NCBI GenBank assembly: GCA_963745025.1
Contig: CAVUWD010000016.1
Location: forward strand, 832,001-896,000
Direction of reading: 5' to 3'
Length of the DNA: 64,000 nt
Origin: an uncultured delta proteobacterium
GTDB taxonomy: Bacteria > Desulfobacterota > Binatia > JACPRU01
The position numbers were made by a program, and so were the translations under genes. Below, piece by piece: positions 59,842 to 64,000 of this stretch; positions within the stretch are counted from its first letter, which is position 1, and every line of letters starts with the position of its first letter. The notes under the pieces are model-generated. The model had not been told where the DNA came from, did no database searches, and was given only the letters and a program-made list of their open reading frames with translations.

Positions 59842-60159
59842 GACGCACACCGGCGCAGCAAAGACACTCAGGTTTCTTCCATCAACAACACCGCGCCTCG
59901 CGCGGGGTCAAATGCTAACCCGACGCTGCGGACTGCGTTCGACTACGCGGTCCAGCACGGCCAAACGAGCTCCGGCGCGGAGCGGGTAGTTCCTCGGGTG
60001 ACGGGAACTTGGGCAGAGAGGCTGGCCCAAACCGACATTGTACTTCCCGGCTGCAAGCGCTATTTGGGGTAGCTCAGCCCTGCGACGCGCGCGACCGCGT
60101 GTCGCGAGCTGAGAAGAAAAGGGAACTAGGTTCGTTCCCCACAACCTGCGAGGTGCCGT

Positions 60160-61773
60160 ATGTCAATCCGATCCGACGACGACGCTCCCATCCTCGAACC
60201 AGAGCTGATGTCCGCGGAGACCCCGGCGGGTATCGACCGCCGGAGCTTCATCGTGCGGTCCGCCATGATCGGCTCTGTGGCTGTCCTGTCGGGCAGCAAG
60301 GCTGCGACCGCGAAGGAGACCGCCGACCAGGCCGCTTCCGCACCTCCCGTTCAACCGCGCGTCAAGCTCTCCCCCGACCTCGAGGTCGTGAAGAAGTCCA
60401 AGGGGCCGGTGATGACCACCGTCGAGGAGTTCTACAAGGTGGGCCCCGGACCGTCGAGCTCGCACACCATCGGGCCGATGCGGATCACCTACGACTTCTA
60501 CCAGCGCTGCACGAAGCTGCCGCCGGACCAGCTCGCCAAGGCCACCGCACTCACGCGTCCATCTGTACGGCAGCCTGAGCGCCACCGGCAAAGGACACGG
60601 CACCGAGCGCGCCGCGCTCGCCGGCATCATCGGCAAGGAGCCGGCGACGATCGATCCGCTGTTCCTCGACGAGATGGCCGCCAAGCCCGACCAGACGTTT
60701 CCGGTGACAGCTCGGCAGCGCCACCTTCAACGCCTCGCTCAAGGACATCATCTACGACGCGCCCAAGGGCGACTTCCCGCACCCCAACACGATGACGTGC
60801 AAGCTGATGGCCGGCGAGACCGTGCTGCTCGAGCAGGAGTACTACTCGGTCGGCGGCGGGTTCATCGAGTGGAAGGGCTACCAGCCGCCGAAGAAGGGCC
60901 AGCCGAAATACCCCTACTCCACGATGAAGGAGCTGCAGGAGCACGCCGCGAAGAACAAGCTCACCATCGCCCAGGTCGCGATGGCCAACGAGGTGGCGGT
61001 CTCCGGCAAGACCGAAGCGGAGATCAACGCCTTCCTCGACAAGATCTCGACCGCGATGGTGAACATCGTGAAGTCGGGGCTCGCCGCGCCGCGAATCCAC
61101 GCTCCCCGGGCCGATCAAGCTCAAGACCAAGGCCGGCGACGTCTACAAGCGGGCGCAGGACGACAAGTACGCAGCGCAGCGCGGGGTCGGCGTGGTTTCC
61201 GCCTACGCGCTGGCCGGCTCGGAGGAGAACGCCCGCGGCCACCTGGTTGTCACCGCCCCCACGGGCGGCTCGGCCGGCGTCATGCCGGCCATCGTGTACG
61301 TTCTCGGCGAGGGCGGCCGCAAGCTGCCGCAGGAGAAGATCCGCGAAGGCCTGCTGGCCGCCGCCGTGATCGGCTACCTCTGCAAGCACAACGCGACGCT
61401 CGCCGGCGCCGAGGGCGGCTGCCAGGCGGAGATCGGCGTGGCGTCCGCCATGGGCGCGGCGCTGATCGCCCAGGCGCACGACTTCGACCATCAGGTGATC
61501 GCCAACGCCGCCGAGTCGGCGCTCGAGCACCATCTCGGCATGACCTGCGACCCGGTCGCCGGCTACGTGCAGGTGCCCTGCATCGAGCGCTGCGCCTACG
61601 GCGCAGTCAAGGCGTGGACCGGCTTCATGATCGCCAGCAACGAGATCCCAGCCAATCGCCGCGTCGACTTCGATACGACGGTCGTCGCGATGGCGCTCAC
61701 GGCCAAGGAGATGAACTCGAAGTACAAGGAGACTTCCGAAGGCGGTCTGGCCGTCTCCGTGGTGCTCTGTTAG
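60160..61773 (+). CDS. sdaA: Fe-S-dependent L-serine ammonia-lyase with Tat-type N-terminal extension (three frameshifts)
   Basis: GPGPSSSHTIGPM, YGSLSATGKGHGT, YYSVGGGF, EENA.G..VTAPT, GAEGGCQAEIG and HHLGMTCDPVAGYVQVPCIER; N-terminal DRRSFI + hydrophobic stretch. Confidence 0.88.
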
Positions 61774-61869
61774 GCCCACTAGCGAGGAGCGAGCAATCCC
61801 GGAGGCGAACCCGTTCCACGTGAGCGGCGCCGCGAGGCGTGGTGCTCTTCCGGGTTGGCACGGAGGGAC

Positions 61870-61990
61870 TGAATCTCGCGCCGTACCAGGCCACTTTCAA
61901 GCCGCTCCTTTACGAGGTCGGACTCGCCATCGTGCTCACACTACTACTCGAGGAGACGGGGCCGGCCGCGCGGCGGCCCTCGCGGAGGCC
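61870..61990 (+). pseudogene. MFS transporter C-terminal fragment
   Basis: YQATFKPLLYEVGLAIVLTLLLEETGPAA; no upstream coding region. Confidence 0.5.
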
Positions 61991-61995
61991 AGACC

Positions 61996-62932
61996 ATGAC
62001 GCAACCTGGAACCGGTAAGTACGAACGGCTGCTGGAACGCTGCCGGGGCCTGGCCCCGATCCCGACGGCGGTCGCCTGGCCCTGCGAGGAGACGGCGCTG
62101 GCCGGCGCGATCGATGCCGCCAAAAAGGGACTGATCATGCCGATCCTGGTCGGGCCCGACGGCGACGATCGCCGAGCTCGCCAAGGCCAAGGGCATCGAC
62201 CTCGGCGGCGACCGAAGTCGTGGACGTCGCCGACAGCCACGCCGCCGCCGCCAAGGCGGTGGAACTGGTGCGCGAGGGCAAGGCCGAGCTGCTGATGAAG
62301 GGGAGCCTCCACTCCGACGAGATTCTCGGCGCGGTCGTCGCGCGAGGAGACCGGCCTGCGCACCGGCCGGCGCCTGAGCCACGTCTTCCTGATGGACGTG
62401 CCGACCTATCACAAGGTCCTGATCGTCACCGACGCCGCGATCAACATCGCGCCGACGCTCGAGGACAAGGTGGACATCTGCCAGAACGCGATCGACCTGG
62501 CGAGGTCGTTCGGCGTGGAGCGGCCGAAGGTGGCGATCCTCGCCGCGGTCGAGACGGTGAACTCGAAGATGCCCGCCACGCTCGACGCCGCCGCCCTCTG
62601 CAAGATGGCCGAGCGCGGGCAGATCAAGGGCGGGCGTGCTCGATGGGCCGCTGGCGTTCGACAACGCCATCAGCCGCGATGCGGCGAAGATGAAGGGGAT
62701 CAACTCGGAGGTGGCCGGCGATCCCGACATCCTGCTGGCGCCCGACCTCGAGGCCGGCAACATGATGGCCAAGCAGCTGAGCTTCCTGGCCAACGCCGAC
62801 AGCGCCGGCCTGGTGCTGGGCGCCCGGGTGCCGGTCATCCTGACCAGCCGCGCCGACAGCCTCCGCTCGCGGATCGCCAGCTGCGCCGTCGCGGTGCTCG
62901 CGGCCCACGCCCGGCGCCAGCCGCCGCGCTGA
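61996..62932 (+). CDS. pta: Phosphate acetyl/butyryltransferase (frameshifted)
   Basis: TAVAWPC, LMKGSLH, TDAAINIAP, DGPLAFDNAIS, PDLEAGN and PVILTSRAD. Confidence 0.88.
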
Positions 62933-62949
62933 GCGAGACGAGGCGGGCC

Positions 62950-64000
62950 ATGGACGACTACGCACTCGTCCTCAACGCCGGCTCCTCGAGCCTGAAGTTC
63001 TGCGTGTACCGCCGGCCCGACGAGGACGCGTGGCGGCTCGAGGCGCGCGGGCCAGATCGACGGGATCGGAACCTCGCCCCGCCTCACCGCCAAGGACGAC
63101 GCCGGCGCGTCGCTGGCCGACGAGAAGCTGGACGCGTCGGTGACGGACGGCCGCGCCGCGCTCGACGTCCTGGCCGGATGGCTCCGCGCCCGCTACGGCG
63201 GGTCGCGCGTGCTCGGCGTCGGCCACCGCGTGGTGCACGGCGGCGCGAAGTACGCCGGCCCCTGCGTCGTCACGCCCGAGGTGCTCGACGATCTTCGCGC
63301 GCTGATCCCGCTGGCGCCGCTCCACCAGCCCTACAACCTCGCCGCCATCGAGGCGGTGAGCGAGCGGCTGCCCGGCGTGCCGCAGGTGGCCTGCTTCGAC
63401 ACCAGCTTCCATCGCGGCCAGCCGGCGGTGGCGGAGCTGGTGCCGCTGCCCGAAGGCCATCCGCGACACCGGCGTGCAGCGCTACGGCTTCCACGGGCTC
63501 TCCTACGAGTACATCGCGTCGGTGCTGCCCGAGGTCGCGCCGGAGATCGCCGACGGCCGCGTGATCGTCGCCCACCTCGGCAGCGGCGCCAGCCTCTGCG
63601 CGCTGAACGCGGCGGAAGAGCGTGGACAGCACGCTCGGCTTCACCGCGCTCGACGGGCTCTGCATGGGCACGCGGCCGGGGTCGGTCGATCCGGGCGTGA
63701 TCCTCCACCTGTTCCAGACGATGGGGCTCTCGGCGGCCGAGGTGGAGAACGATGCTCTACAAGCAGTCCGGGCTGCTCGGGATCTCGGGCATCAGCAACG
63801 ACATGCGCGACCTGCTCGACAGCCCCGACCCGGCGGCGCGCCTGGCGGTGGACTACTTCGTCTACCAGGCCGCGAAGCAGATCGGCGCGCTCGCCGCCGT
63901 GCTCGGCGGGGTCGACGCGCTGGTCTTCACCGCCGGGATCGGCGAGCACTCCGCCGAGATCCGCCGCCGGATCTGCGAGGCGTCCGCGTGGCTCGGCGTG
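62950..64000 (+). CDS. ackA: Acetate/propionate kinase (frameshifted, runs off window)
   Basis: [56 protein letters not shown] and LVFTAGIGE. Confidence 0.92.

Larger units (their letters stand above)
58224..59911 (-). mobile_element. IS110-family element, apparently complete
   Basis: Intact recombinase ORF; ~270-bp structured non-coding region upstream; GTCAA at both junctions (58219-58223, 59907-59911); subterminal AAGAAAC/GTTTCTT. Confidence 0.85.

Overview
A GC-rich bacterial accessory region with no intact core operon until the far right end. The F420-type oxidoreductases, many adenylate/guanylate-cyclase-TPR paralogues and diderm outer-membrane genes suggest a soil Deltaproteobacteria-like host such as Binatia; this is inference only. 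The left half (1-29 kb) is a mosaic. Intact metabolic genes (BisC/TorA-type molybdoenzyme, Ddn-type nitroreductase, LivK-type binding protein, alpha/beta hydrolase, cyclase-TPR protein, CaiB CoA-transferase, LLM oxidoreductase, secreted GH-A-like protein) are interleaved with about 20 short fragments of unrelated genes, IS remnants (IS3, IS256, IS91-like, IS1380), a MITE, tyrosine-integrase remnants and three tRNA-derived att remnants. A ~60-100 bp hairpin-ended repeat occurs six times, mostly at breakpoints. The right half (29-64 kb) holds an envelope and amino-acid/acid-stress island: an AI-2E/OMF/HlyD/DUF2955/ion-channel cluster, an AspT antiporter, aquaporin, HdeD, OprO/P and DcaP porins, a signal-peptide amidohydrolase and glutaminase, SemiSWEET, a Tat-signal L-serine ammonia-lyase, and pta-ackA. 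It also contains an intact IS110 whose non-coding (bridge) RNA has segments matching its own junctions. Several full-length genes carry frameshifts that may be sequencing indels. All calls were made by eye from motifs; no database searches were run.
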